A stretch of 44,674 nucleotides of DNA from Alphaproteobacteria bacterium (GCA_022822575.1 JAJEBJ010000455.1:1-44674), one strand, 5' to 3'; counted from the first letter of the stretch, positions 9,271-21,247 are shown. Numbers and translations are program-made. The notes: a model not told the origin generated them from the letters alone.

Positions 9271-9314
9271 ATCCAGGGCCTCCCGACCGGGACAATGATC
9301 GGGAGGCCCTGGAT
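9271..9314 (-). promoter_or_regulatory. intercistronic stem-loop: perfect 16-bp stem with a 12-nt loop, between the binding-protein gene and the first permease gene
   Basis: ATCCAGGGCCTCCCGA (9271-9286) is the exact reverse complement of TCGGGAGGCCCTGGAT (9299-9314). There is no U-run after it on the minus-strand transcript, so it is not a classical intrinsic terminator. Confidence 0.6.
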
Positions 9315-9336
9315 CAAACACGCTGCAATCTGACGG

Positions 9337-10191
9337 TCAGCGGTTGGCGCAGGCATACTCCGTTTTGCCATCGCCTGGCAGTTGGGATGCCGTGTAGTCG
9401 TACTCCGCCACGGCGGCCATCATCGCGTCCGAACCGATCCAGGACGCCAGCGCATCATTGAACGCTGCGACGAAATCGGTGTCCTCGTGACGGAACGCTA
9501 TTCCGACCCAGTTGAAGGTCCATTCCGGGAGAAGGGATGGATCGGTGATGTCGATTTCGCCTTCGCTCTCCGCGGCAAGGGAGCGTGCCGTGAAGAACGT
9601 CACACCGCCGGCGTCGGCGCGGCCGGCGCGGACTGCGGCAAGAATCTCCGTGGGGCCGGGAACCTGCATGATGTTGGAGTCCTCGATGCCCATTCTCTTG
9701 GCGACTTCAACGATGTTGTAGCCTGCTCCGGTGACGATGATCGCTCCCATGTCGCGGATATCGTCGTAGGTCTGGATCCCCTTCGGGTTGCCTGCCGGGA
9801 CGATGAAGGCATCGCCGAACACGCCGATCGGTTCGGAAAACGTCACGTTCTCGCAGCGGCTGGCGAGGATGTACATTCCGCCGGTGATGATATCGAAACG
9901 ATTGGCGTTGAGCCCGGGAATCAGGCCGCCCCAGTCGGTCACCACCGGTTCGATATTGGTGATTCCCATCTCGGTCAGGATGCCGGTGGCGATTGCATTG
10001 ACGAAACCGAGCGGCTCGTTGTCCTCGCCGGGATAGGCCCACGGGACCTCGTTGGCAAAGCCGATGCGCACGGTTTCGCCGGCCATTGCCTTTTCGAGGA
10101 GTGTATGCCCATCCGCCTGGACCTGTGTTGTCCAGGGGGTCAGGACAAGGCTCGCGACGATCGCCGCCCACGATAACTTCATGAACTTCAT
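9337..10191 (-). CDS. ehuB: periplasmic substrate-binding protein of the ABC importer (EhuB-like, ectoine/hydroxyectoine-type)
   Basis: The start is set at MKFMKLSWAAIVASLVLTPWTTQVQA (a signal peptide). The mature part has type-II SBP blocks (LIPGLNANRFDIITGGMY, GNPKGI). The 81-aa upstream extension in the ORF track overlaps the M20 gene and is not protein-like. Confidence 0.8.
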   Translation of the reverse strand: MKFMKLSWAAIVASLVLTPWTTQVQADGHTLLEKAMAGETVRIGFANEVPWAYPGEDNEPLGFVNAIATGILTEMGITNIEPVVTDWGGLIPGLNANRFDIITGGMYILASRCENVTFSEPIGVFGDAFIVPAGNPKGIQTYDDIRDMGAIIVTGAGYNIVEVAKRMGIEDSNIMQVPGPTEILAAVRAGRADAGGVTFFTARSLAAESEGEIDITDPSLLPEWTFNWVGIAFRHEDTDFVAAFNDALASWIGSDAMMAAVAEYDYTASQLPGDGKTEYACANR

Positions 10192-10252
10192 GATGCATGA
10201 TCTCCGGATTGTCTCTTGAAATGTGCTGTACTCTGGCACGGGGTTGCTCCTG

Positions 10253-11422
10253 TCACAAGGAAGACGCCAGCTGGCGTCCCATCTTGCCGAGAAACTCGAG
10301 TCCTTCGGCCAATTCACCGAGTTCGATGTACTCGTCCGGCTTGTGAGCGCGCTCGATGCTGCCGGGTCCGAAGACGATGGTCGAGTACGCCGCTTCGCTG
10401 AAGTACCCGGCGTCCGTGCCGAAGGAGACGACATCCGCGCTGTTGAGCCCCGTCAGGCCCCGGACGAAGTCGATCGCGTCGCCGGCGTGGCGGTCGTCGA
10501 GACCCGGAACACGGGCCTCGATGGTCGTCACGATATCGGCCTCGGGGCAGCGCTCGCGCATTTCCGGAACGAGTTGCCGTTCACAGTAGCGGCGTATGTC
10601 ATCGACGAAATCCATCCCGTCGTCTCCCGGAAGCATGCGGATCTCCCAGTCGAATTCACACCATCCGGACGTGATGTTGCGCGCCGTTCCACCGTTGATC
10701 CTGCCGACATTGAGCGTTGGAAACGGCGGATCGTAGGGCGATTCCGCGACAGGATCGGCGGCGCACCTTTGGGCGTGTTCCTCGATGCGGCTGATGAGGC
10801 GCATGGCGTAGGCGATCGCGTTGACGCCGTTGAAGGGGTTGCACGAATGGGCCTCGAGGCCCGTGACGACGGTATGGAGTTCGATGGCCCCCTTGTGGCC
10901 CGAGACAATCTTCATGGTTGTCGGTTCACCGACGATGACGATGCCGGGGCGGAAGTCCCTCTTCGCCATGTCCCGCAACAGCACGGGCATGCCGAACCCG
11001 CCGATCTCCTCGTCGTACGTGAAGGCAATGTGGATGGGCCGCGAGAGTTCCATCTCCTGCCACGCCGGAACCGATGCCAGGACGCAGGCAAGGAAACCCT
11101 TCATGTCGACCGTACCGCGGCCATGGAGTCGATCACCGATCCGCGTCACTCGGAAGGGATCGGTCTTCCAGTGCTGACCGTCGACAGGCACCACGTCCAT
11201 GTGACCGCACAGCACGACACCTCCGTCGCTCGATGGTCCTATGGTGGCGAAGACGTTGGCCCGCTCCCCAGATTCATCGAAACTCAGCGACGAGGGAATC
11301 CCCCGGACCTCCAGAACGTCCCTGACGATGCCGACGATGTCGTGGTTGGGTTTTCCCGACACGCTCGGGCACGCGACCAGACGGGAAAGAATGTCGACGG
11401 CCGCATCAAGGTTCGCGTTCAC
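10253..11422 (-). CDS. M20-family deacylase (ArgE / acetylornithine deacetylase-like)
   Basis: LSRLVACPSVSG, VVLCGHMDVVP and TYDEEIGG are the M20 metal-binding pattern. I prefer the GTG at 11422 (preceded by GGGCGAGG) over the ATG at 11536, but this start choice is uncertain. Confidence 0.8.
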   Translation of the reverse strand: MNANLDAAVDILSRLVACPSVSGKPNHDIVGIVRDVLEVRGIPSSLSFDESGERANVFATIGPSSDGGVVLCGHMDVVPVDGQHWKTDPFRVTRIGDRLHGRGTVDMKGFLACVLASVPAWQEMELSRPIHIAFTYDEEIGGFGMPVLLRDMAKRDFRPGIVIVGEPTTMKIVSGHKGAIELHTVVTGLEAHSCNPFNGVNAIAYAMRLISRIEEHAQRCAADPVAESPYDPPFPTLNVGRINGGTARNITSGWCEFDWEIRMLPGDDGMDFVDDIRRYCERQLVPEMRERCPEADIVTTIEARVPGLDDRHAGDAIDFVRGLTGLNSADVVSFGTDAGYFSEAAYSTIVFGPGSIERAHKPDEYIELGELAEGLEFLGKMGRQLASSL

Positions 11423-11556
11423 CTGGCCTCGCCCTCCCCGCGCCCGAAAGGCTCGGAGGGTACGCAGTGGGTGAGACCGCTGTAAAGCCCGTTGCCGCGG
11501 GAGGGTGCTTGCAGATAGCGTTGCAACATCGGGCACGGTGTTCCGGAGACGGGTCG

Positions 11557-12345
11557 ATGGCGTGGAACCTCTTGTTCATTTCGATGTTCGGTGAGCGGGA
11601 TCAGTACGATCCCGTGAACTATCGCAGCATCTGTTCCTCGGGCCTCGAAAAGGACTGGATCGTGACATGGCACGCTGATGCTGCCGAACGGTCAGGCTTC
11701 TCGATGACAGCCGTCGACATCTGCCGCGGGGATGTGCTTCCCGAGGCCAGCCTGGTGGATTGCACAATTCTCGGTGGAACGATGCATGTCATCGACGAGA
11801 AGCGCGAATGGCTCGGCAGACTGAAGGACTGGCTCGCCGCCTACCGCGAGACGGCGCGACCCCTGCTCGCGGTCTGCGGCGGCCATCAGCTCCTCTCCAC
11901 GCGCCTGGCAGACGGCCGGCTCGTCGGCCGCCGCTCGGGCACCCTCGCCGGCACCAGCGACATACGCCTGACGGAGCGCGGCAGATCGCATGAGCTGTTC
12001 GCGGGACTCGGGCCGACAGCGCGATTTCACTTTGCCAACTATCTCGATGTCGAACCGTCGCCGGCGCAGCGCGAGCGCGTGCTTGCTGTGGACGATGAAA
12101 GCGAGGGCCTTGCCATCGATCACGGGGGCCACTGGTACAGTACGCAGTTTCATCCTGAATCCCGCAAGGCCACATGGGCGTGCACCTACGGCGCATCGCA
12201 TCCCGAATGGATCGATGCCTACGATGACGAGCATGACGGCGGCGTTGTGATCGACAACTTCCTCAAGCTTGCAGCGTCAGCCCAGACTTCGGCGGGACAG
12301 GCCCGATCAGTCGCGGCGTCCCGTCCCGCGGGCCACGGCGGATGA
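11557..12345 (+). CDS. class-I (type 1) glutamine amidotransferase domain protein
   Basis: The nucleophile elbow LLAVCGGHQLL and a later QFHPE are present. The ATG at 11557 is preceded by GGAG. Confidence 0.8.
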   Translation: MAWNLLFISMFGERDQYDPVNYRSICSSGLEKDWIVTWHADAAERSGFSMTAVDICRGDVLPEASLVDCTILGGTMHVIDEKREWLGRLKDWLAAYRETARPLLAVCGGHQLLSTRLADGRLVGRRSGTLAGTSDIRLTERGRSHELFAGLGPTARFHFANYLDVEPSPAQRERVLAVDDESEGLAIDHGGHWYSTQFHPESRKATWACTYGASHPEWIDAYDDEHDGGVVIDNFLKLAASAQTSAGQARSVAASRPAGHGG

Positions 12346-12777
12346 CTCCGCATGTCCTCCGCATCTTGGTATCAAACCGCAGTCCAAAGGATGTTGCATC
12401 TTCCGGTCCATCATACCTTGTAGCGAGTCACTGGATCGGAACGACCCATTGGGCTTGCGATGCTTCCAGTTTCCGATCCATTCATTCTCGTCACCTGACG
12501 TGATGGACTCATCAAGCCGGTTGAGGTTGGAAAACAGCCTCTCAGCAACTGCGTGCACCCAGACCCCACGTTGTGCGATTGCCGTGTATTCCTTGCGCTT
12601 GTAGTGACGGAGCATCTCGAAACCGACCGTGAAATGCACATCATTTCCGGCGTCGCAGAAGCCTCCATCGCGTCGCCCCTGGCTTCCGTTGGCCTGAGTC
12701 CTGCCGCTGCATTCAAGCAAGCGACAGAATGTCGTGCCCGAAGTTTCCTCGCCATCGCGGTGTTCCGCCCAGGTCAC
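12307..12777 (-). CDS. hypothetical protein (orphan ORF in an AT-richer islet); start and reality uncertain
   Basis: This is the only ORF in 12346-12798 with protein-like composition (…DVHFTVGFEMLRHYKRKEYTAIAQRGVWVHAVAERLFSNLNRLDES…). I recognise no motif. The annotated start is GTG and the first ATG is 54 codons in. The 3' end overlaps the convergent amidotransferase by 39 nt. Confidence 0.3.
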   Translation of the reverse strand: MTWAEHRDGEETSGTTFCRLLECSGRTQANGSQGRRDGGFCDAGNDVHFTVGFEMLRHYKRKEYTAIAQRGVWVHAVAERLFSNLNRLDESITSGDENEWIGNWKHRKPNGSFRSSDSLQGMMDRKMQHPLDCGLIPRCGGHAESSAVARGTGRRD

Positions 12778-12798
12778 TGGGCGACGCAGACGAAGAGG

Positions 12799-13668
12799 TC
12801 AGTTGTCCCAGCGGCGGTGGAGCCACAGCCACTGCTCGGGGTACTCGCGGATCCAGTCTTCGTAGGTTGCGTTGATCGCCCGCAGCATGGCGTGAACGTC
12901 CTTCTCTCCGTCTCCGGTCCTGACGACATTGAGGGGTCTGAAGAGGTGCACGTGAAAGCGTGCCCGAGGTTTGCGCAGGATGCGGATGGGAATGATCGGA
13001 ATGTCGTGCTTGAGCGCAAGTTCGGCGAGGGCCGGGGCGGTCATTGCGTCCCGGCCGAAGAAGGGGACCGGGACCCCTTGCGAGTACTTCTGGTCGCCGA
13101 GGACGGCGATGGCGCCCTTGCGGCGTATGCCCTTCAGCACCAGCTGGGAGCCCTTTCGCCCCTTCGGCGCCCATGTGCCGCCGCACTTGAGACGCCATGA
13201 CTGGATCAGGCGTTCAGCCAGTGGATTGTTCGCCTGGCGGTAGATGATGGTGAGGTCGATGTCCTTCTGGGTGGCGAGAAGGATCCCGAGGTCGAAGCAG
13301 CCGAAATGGGCGCCCATGAAGATCGACGGCAGGTGGGCAAACTCGTCGACGCCCGGATCACGGGTGACGGTGACCCGCGTGCCGCCATAGATATCGATGG
13401 TATGGAGATGCGGGAACTCGGCCACGAGGCGCCCGAAGTTGTCCCACATGCCGGTGACGATGCGCTGCACCTCCTCCGCGGTGATGCCGGGGAAACTCCC
13501 CTCGATATTGCGCCGGGCGATACGGTTGCGCGAGATGGCGAAGCGTCCGGCAAGCCGTCCGAGACATCCACCTAGAGCCGAGGCGTTCTCGATCCCGACG
13601 ATCCGGAAGAGAGCAAATCCCAGCCACAGGAATCCGGCTTCGACGATATCGCGCGGACCCGCCTTCAT
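12799..13668 (-). CDS. lipid A biosynthesis lauroyl/late acyltransferase family protein (LpxL/HtrB-like)
   Basis: It has an N-terminal membrane anchor and an HxxxxD-type region (GAHFGCFD). Its length (289 aa) and position directly after lpxK fit. The start overlaps the lpxK stop. Confidence 0.75.
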   Translation of the reverse strand: MKAGPRDIVEAGFLWLGFALFRIVGIENASALGGCLGRLAGRFAISRNRIARRNIEGSFPGITAEEVQRIVTGMWDNFGRLVAEFPHLHTIDIYGGTRVTVTRDPGVDEFAHLPSIFMGAHFGCFDLGILLATQKDIDLTIIYRQANNPLAERLIQSWRLKCGGTWAPKGRKGSQLVLKGIRRKGAIAVLGDQKYSQGVPVPFFGRDAMTAPALAELALKHDIPIIPIRILRKPRARFHVHLFRPLNVVRTGDGEKDVHAMLRAINATYEDWIREYPEQWLWLHRRWDN

Positions 13669-14642
13669 GACGCGGCAATCCCAACCCGATCGATCAGGGC
13701 ATCGAGGCTACCCTCTTCCCGGAACACCATCGTCACCGGCACCGGCTCGGCAAGGGGGCGCGTCTCCTCATCGAGGCGCACCCAGTCCTTTTCCGTCGTC
13801 ACGAGCCTCGCGCCCAGGGCGTTTGCCTCCTCGAACATCGCTGTCACGGTCATGGGATCATACCGGTGATGATCGGCAAAGCTTCGCGTCTTCACCACGT
13901 CGGCGCCGTGTTCCTCGAGAGTGGCGAAGAACTTGGCCGGTCTGGCGATCCCGGCGAAGGCGAAGAGCGGCAGGCCGTCACCCGGGATGGGACCGGCTTC
14001 GAGGCGGGCGTGGAGGACACACAACCCCTCGCCCGCCAGCATCCCCTCCAGGCCGTGATGGTCATCGCCGACGATGACCACCGTGCCGGCGCGCGACAGC
14101 GCGTCGGCGAGAGGCTCGCGCAGGGGTCCGGCGGGCAGCACCTTCGCGTTGCCGAAGCCGCGTGGACCATCAATGACGATGAAGGAAAGGGTCCGGGCAA
14201 GATGGACATTCTGCAGGCCGTCATCCATGATCAGGATATCGGCCCCGGCCCCGACGGCAGCCGCGGCAGCCCGGGCCCTGTTCCGTGCCACCCAGACGGG
14301 CGCATGGCGCGCCAGCAACAGGGGTTCGTCCCCCACGTCGCGAGACGTGTGGCGCTCCGGATCAACGGTCACCGGCCCGGTGTGGCGACCACCAAATCCG
14401 CGCGACAGGATATGGGGTTGCCAGCCACGGGATGAGAGCCTGTCGGTGAGAGCCCGCGCCGCAGGTGTCTTGCCGCCGCCGCCTACGGTGACATTGCCGA
14501 TACACAGCACAGGTACCGGTGCTCGCCATGGTTGTGCCGCTCGCCTGCGCAGGCGTGTTGCCGCGGTCCACACGCCGGCAATGGGCTGCAGGACCTGTGC
14601 CGTCGGGCCGTCACTTTCCCAGAATGCCGGCTCGCGCATCAT
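13665..14642 (-). CDS. lpxK: tetraacyldisaccharide 4'-kinase
   Basis: PVLCIGNVTVGGGGKTP (P-loop) and a length of 325 aa fit, and it lies between waaA and the late acyltransferase. Confidence 0.9.
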   Translation of the reverse strand: MMREPAFWESDGPTAQVLQPIAGVWTAATRLRRRAAQPWRAPVPVLCIGNVTVGGGGKTPAARALTDRLSSRGWQPHILSRGFGGRHTGPVTVDPERHTSRDVGDEPLLLARHAPVWVARNRARAAAAAVGAGADILIMDDGLQNVHLARTLSFIVIDGPRGFGNAKVLPAGPLREPLADALSRAGTVVIVGDDHHGLEGMLAGEGLCVLHARLEAGPIPGDGLPLFAFAGIARPAKFFATLEEHGADVVKTRSFADHHRYDPMTVTAMFEEANALGARLVTTEKDWVRLDEETRPLAEPVPVTMVFREEGSLDALIDRVGIAAS

Positions 14643-15907
14643 GGCTCTTTCTCGAAGAGCGGTTGCAGCGCCGCGAAGGCCCGGTCGAGTACGCCTGCGG
14701 CATCACCTTCGACGAGAGTTCTAGCCCGTTCACCCATGGTGCGACAGGCCTGTTCATCTCCAAGCAGTCCGGCGATGTGGCGGCGGAGGGAGGTGGCATC
14801 GGAAACCTCAATGGCGCCGCCAGCCGCCACGAGCCGCCGGGCGATGTCGGTAAAGTTCTGCATGTGCGGTCCGTACACGGTTGGCTTTCCCAGCCATGCT
14901 GCCTCACGGGGATTGTGGCCACCGTGATGGAGCATCGACTTGCCGATGAAGACGGCATCACCGAGACCAAGATAGAGACCCATCTCTCCAATACTGTCCC
15001 CGAGGAAGACATCCGTGGCGGAGTCCGGCATGTCCGCCTGTGACCGCCGCGCTATCGTGAGACCGTGCGCCGTTGCCTCCTCGGCAATGCTGTCCGCCCG
15101 CGCCGGATGGCGCGGCACGATGACGGTGAGAAGCCCGTCGATCGTGGTGGCGAGATCGAGGTGAATATCGCAGGCCAGCCGTTCCTCCCCTTCGTGTGTG
15201 CTTGCAGCCAGCCAGACGCGGCGCCCGGCAACGGCGCCTTTCAAACGTGCCAGTGCCTCCGGATCGGCCGGTGGAGGACCCGCTGTCGCCTTGAGGTCGC
15301 CTGTGACCACGACCCGTGTTGCGCCAAGGGCGGTGAAACGTCTGCCTTGCCCTTCGCTGGGGACAAGGACGGTGGTGAAACTGCCCAGAAGTCTTCGGCT
15401 GAAGGCGGGCAGCCGATTCCAGCGGGCGAAGGAGCGATCGGAGAGATGTCCGTTCACGAGCGCGGTGGGGATGTGCCGGTACTGCGCCTCGATGAGGAGA
15501 TTGGGCCACAGTTCTGATTCAACCCAAAGGGCTGCATCCGGTTGCCACCTGTCAAGGAAGCGCGCCACCGCTCCCGGAGTGTCGAAGGGGATGTACTGGT
15601 GAATCCATCCGGGTGGCTGCCGTGACTCCAGAGCCGCGGCAGCCGAGGTCGTCATGGTGGTGAAGAGAACGCCTGCGTCATGGGCGCCGGCCAGTCTCTC
15701 CGCAAGGGGCAGCACGGAGAGCGACTCTCCGACACTGGCGGCATGGATCCACAGGAGAGGCCCATCCGGCCGCGAAGCCGTGCTTCGCCCGAGCCTTTCT
15801 TCCCGGCGCAGCGGGTCCTCCTTGCCGCGCCTGAGGCGCCGCTCGATAAGGAGCGGGGCAAGGGGTTCGAGGAGGGCGGTGGCTTGGCGGTAGAGTCCCT
15901 GGATCAT
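14639..15907 (-). CDS. waaA: 3-deoxy-D-manno-octulosonic acid (Kdo) transferase
   Basis: LLWIHAASVGES near the N-terminus and a GT30-type C-terminal half (GGHNPREAAWLGKPTVYGPHMQNF) are present. It has ATGA overlaps with both neighbours. Confidence 0.9.
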   Translation of the reverse strand: MIQGLYRQATALLEPLAPLLIERRLRRGKEDPLRREERLGRSTASRPDGPLLWIHAASVGESLSVLPLAERLAGAHDAGVLFTTMTTSAAAALESRQPPGWIHQYIPFDTPGAVARFLDRWQPDAALWVESELWPNLLIEAQYRHIPTALVNGHLSDRSFARWNRLPAFSRRLLGSFTTVLVPSEGQGRRFTALGATRVVVTGDLKATAGPPPADPEALARLKGAVAGRRVWLAASTHEGEERLACDIHLDLATTIDGLLTVIVPRHPARADSIAEEATAHGLTIARRSQADMPDSATDVFLGDSIGEMGLYLGLGDAVFIGKSMLHHGGHNPREAAWLGKPTVYGPHMQNFTDIARRLVAAGGAIEVSDATSLRRHIAGLLGDEQACRTMGERARTLVEGDAAGVLDRAFAALQPLFEKEP

Positions 15908-17691
15908 GGCACCCTGGCATAGCCGTCGACACCTTCTTCCTCAATTGGTTGCAGGCGCGACAGCTGGGCATAGAGTCCGCCCTGGGCCAGCAGCGTGTCG
16001 TGGGTGCCGGACTCGACGATTCGTCCCTCATTGAGGACATGGATGACATCTGAATCGGCGATTGTGCTGAGCCGGTGGGCCACGACAATCGATGTGCGGC
16101 CACTGGTGAGGCGGGCAAGGGCCTGCTGGACTTGGCGTTCCGATTCGGAATCGAGGGAGCTGGTGGCTTCGTCAAGGATGAGGATCGGCGCATCGCGCAG
16201 AACCGCCCGGGCAATGGAGATTCTCTGTCTCTGACCTCCCGACAGGCGGATGCCGTTTTCGCCGATGAGAGTCTCGTAGCCGCGCTCAAGCTGCTCAATG
16301 AAGTGGTGCGCGTCGGCCACGCGTGCGGCCGCCTCGATCTCGTCCGGCGTGGCGTTCGGCTTGCCGAAGGCAATGTTGGCCTCGATGGTGTCATTGAAAA
16401 GCACGATCTCCTGGCTCACGACGGCAACCGCGTCGCGCAGACTCGCCAGGGTGACGTCACGCACGTCGGAGCCGTCGATGGAGATCCGTCCCTTGCCGAC
16501 ATCATAGAAGCGCGCGACAAGGTTGAGAGCAGTCGACTTTCCGGCGCCTGAGGGTCCGACGAGGGCGGTGGTCTGACCGGCCGGCGCCTCGAAGGACACG
16601 CGATCGAGAACCGGCTTCTCGTGGTAGGCAAATGAGACGTCTTCAAATCTCACCATGCCGCCCGCGATTGACAACGGCTCGGCGTTCTCGCGGTCCTGGA
16701 TCGCCGGTCTGATGTCGATGAGGGCGAACACCCGCTGGGCGGCGGCCAGCCCCCGCTGCAAGGCGTTGTTGAGGCGGGCAAAGCTCTTGAGGGGTCGATA
16801 GGCGAGGAGCAGAGCGGTGATGAAACTGAAGAAGGCGCCGGGGGTGGTGGTGCCCTCGATGACCTTCAATCCGCCGTAAACGATTGTGGCGGCAATGGCG
16901 ATGCCGGCCAGTGATTCCATGATCGGCGAAATTGATTCACTGGCCCTTACAGTCTTGACGCTGCGCCGGAAGAGAAGGTGGATGCGGTCGCCGAGCCGCG
17001 CCATGTGGTGGCCTTCCTGACCGTAGGCCTTGATGTGGCGGATGCCGCGGAACATGTCGGAAATGAAACCCGTGATGTGCTCGCGCTCGATCGCCACCTC
17101 GCGCGACCTGATCCTGACCTTGCGTCCGATCCTCTGGACACTGGCGAAGGCGGCGGGAAAGATGAAGAACGCGATGAGGCCCAGGACCCAGTCCTGGTAG
17201 AACATCATGGCGGCAAGGAAGATGAGGGTCAGCAAGTCCTTGACCATCGTTGTCATGGTCTGCGCCACCGTCGCCTGCAGGTCGTCGACATTGTTCATGC
17301 ATCCGGCGATCAGGGCGCCGGTCGAGGCCTTGTGGAAGTACGCGAGATCGGCGCGAATCAGGCTGCGGCAAACCCTTTCGCGTATATCCGCGATGATGCG
17401 CATGGAGGTGCGGGCCATGATCACCGCCTGGGCATACTCCGAGAGGCCCTTGACGAAAAAGAGCAAGAAGACGGCAATGGTGATCCACACCAGTTGTCCG
17501 CGGTCCTTCTCGATGAAGACCTCGTCGAGAATGGGCTGGACCAGCCAGGCATAGCCCGCAGTGCTGCCGGCCACGAGACCCATGAAAACGATGGCGACGA
17601 GTATGCGCGGAATGTAGCGGCGGACATGTTCGCGCACGATGCGCTTTACAATGGCGCGTGTCGTGTGATCGACAGTGTCGGTAGTGTTCAT
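15904..17691 (-). CDS. msbA: ABC transporter, fused permease/ATPase, MsbA-like lipid A/lipid flippase
   Basis: A six-TM exporter domain is followed by Walker A GPSGAGKST, the signature LSGGQRQRISIARAV and Walker B ILILDEATSSLD. I prefer the ATG at 17691 (MNTTD...); the tracked ORF begins at a GTG at 17754. Confidence 0.85.
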   Translation of the reverse strand: MNTTDTVDHTTRAIVKRIVREHVRRYIPRILVAIVFMGLVAGSTAGYAWLVQPILDEVFIEKDRGQLVWITIAVFLLFFVKGLSEYAQAVIMARTSMRIIADIRERVCRSLIRADLAYFHKASTGALIAGCMNNVDDLQATVAQTMTTMVKDLLTLIFLAAMMFYQDWVLGLIAFFIFPAAFASVQRIGRKVRIRSREVAIEREHITGFISDMFRGIRHIKAYGQEGHHMARLGDRIHLLFRRSVKTVRASESISPIMESLAGIAIAATIVYGGLKVIEGTTTPGAFFSFITALLLAYRPLKSFARLNNALQRGLAAAQRVFALIDIRPAIQDRENAEPLSIAGGMVRFEDVSFAYHEKPVLDRVSFEAPAGQTTALVGPSGAGKSTALNLVARFYDVGKGRISIDGSDVRDVTLASLRDAVAVVSQEIVLFNDTIEANIAFGKPNATPDEIEAAARVADAHHFIEQLERGYETLIGENGIRLSGGQRQRISIARAVLRDAPILILDEATSSLDSESERQVQQALARLTSGRTSIVVAHRLSTIADSDVIHVLNEGRIVESGTHDTLLAQGGLYAQLSRLQPIEEEGVDGYARVP

Positions 17692-17755
17692 CGGCGCTCG
17701 CGCGGCACGGTTCCGGAAGGATGTTCTACCGCAAGAGGGCGCGTCATGCGCCACT

Positions 17756-20823
<3,068 letters not shown>

Positions 20824-21001
20824 TCACAACGGCCAGATGAATGTTCGGTGGACATGGGCTTCTGATGAAGAGGAGGTGAAGGCGTAACGCGTCGGCACGG
20901 CACCCCTTCAGGGGAAGTGCCGCTCAGGCCGCCGCTAGGCCCAGAGCTGATGTCCCGAAACCGATCATGGCCCCTACCTAGTGTTGTCGCCCGAAGGAGT
21001 C

Positions 21002-21031
21002 AAGACGTTCGCCCCGACAGACGTTCGCCCC
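21002..21031. repeat. tandem direct repeat, 2 x AGACGTTCGCCCCG with a 2-nt spacer, in the leuA/pot divergent intergenic region
   Basis: The 14-mers at 21002-21015 and 21018-21031 are identical. Confidence 0.6.
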
Positions 21032-21247
21032 GGCACCCGGAGTCCCCTTCGTATGCACATCCGCCGTTGTCAGGTGTGCGAGGGCTTCCTGATGTTGTCT
21101 CGGTGGGTCCTGCAAGACCCCGCCTGACTGGAGTACTTTGTGGGCGCCTCGTCGTGAAGTCTCGATTGCTTGGTAAAAGCGCCCGCGAGAACTGATGACG
21201 GACAGACAGTATTGGTGATAGGACTGAAGGACAATTTGGAGGGAAGT

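Noticed and set aside
10192-10434. 81-codon N-terminal extension of the SBP ORF
   Set aside because: The extension is Ser/Arg/Pro-rich and overlaps the 3' end of the M20 gene. A textbook signal peptide begins at the internal MKFMKL (ATG at 10191).
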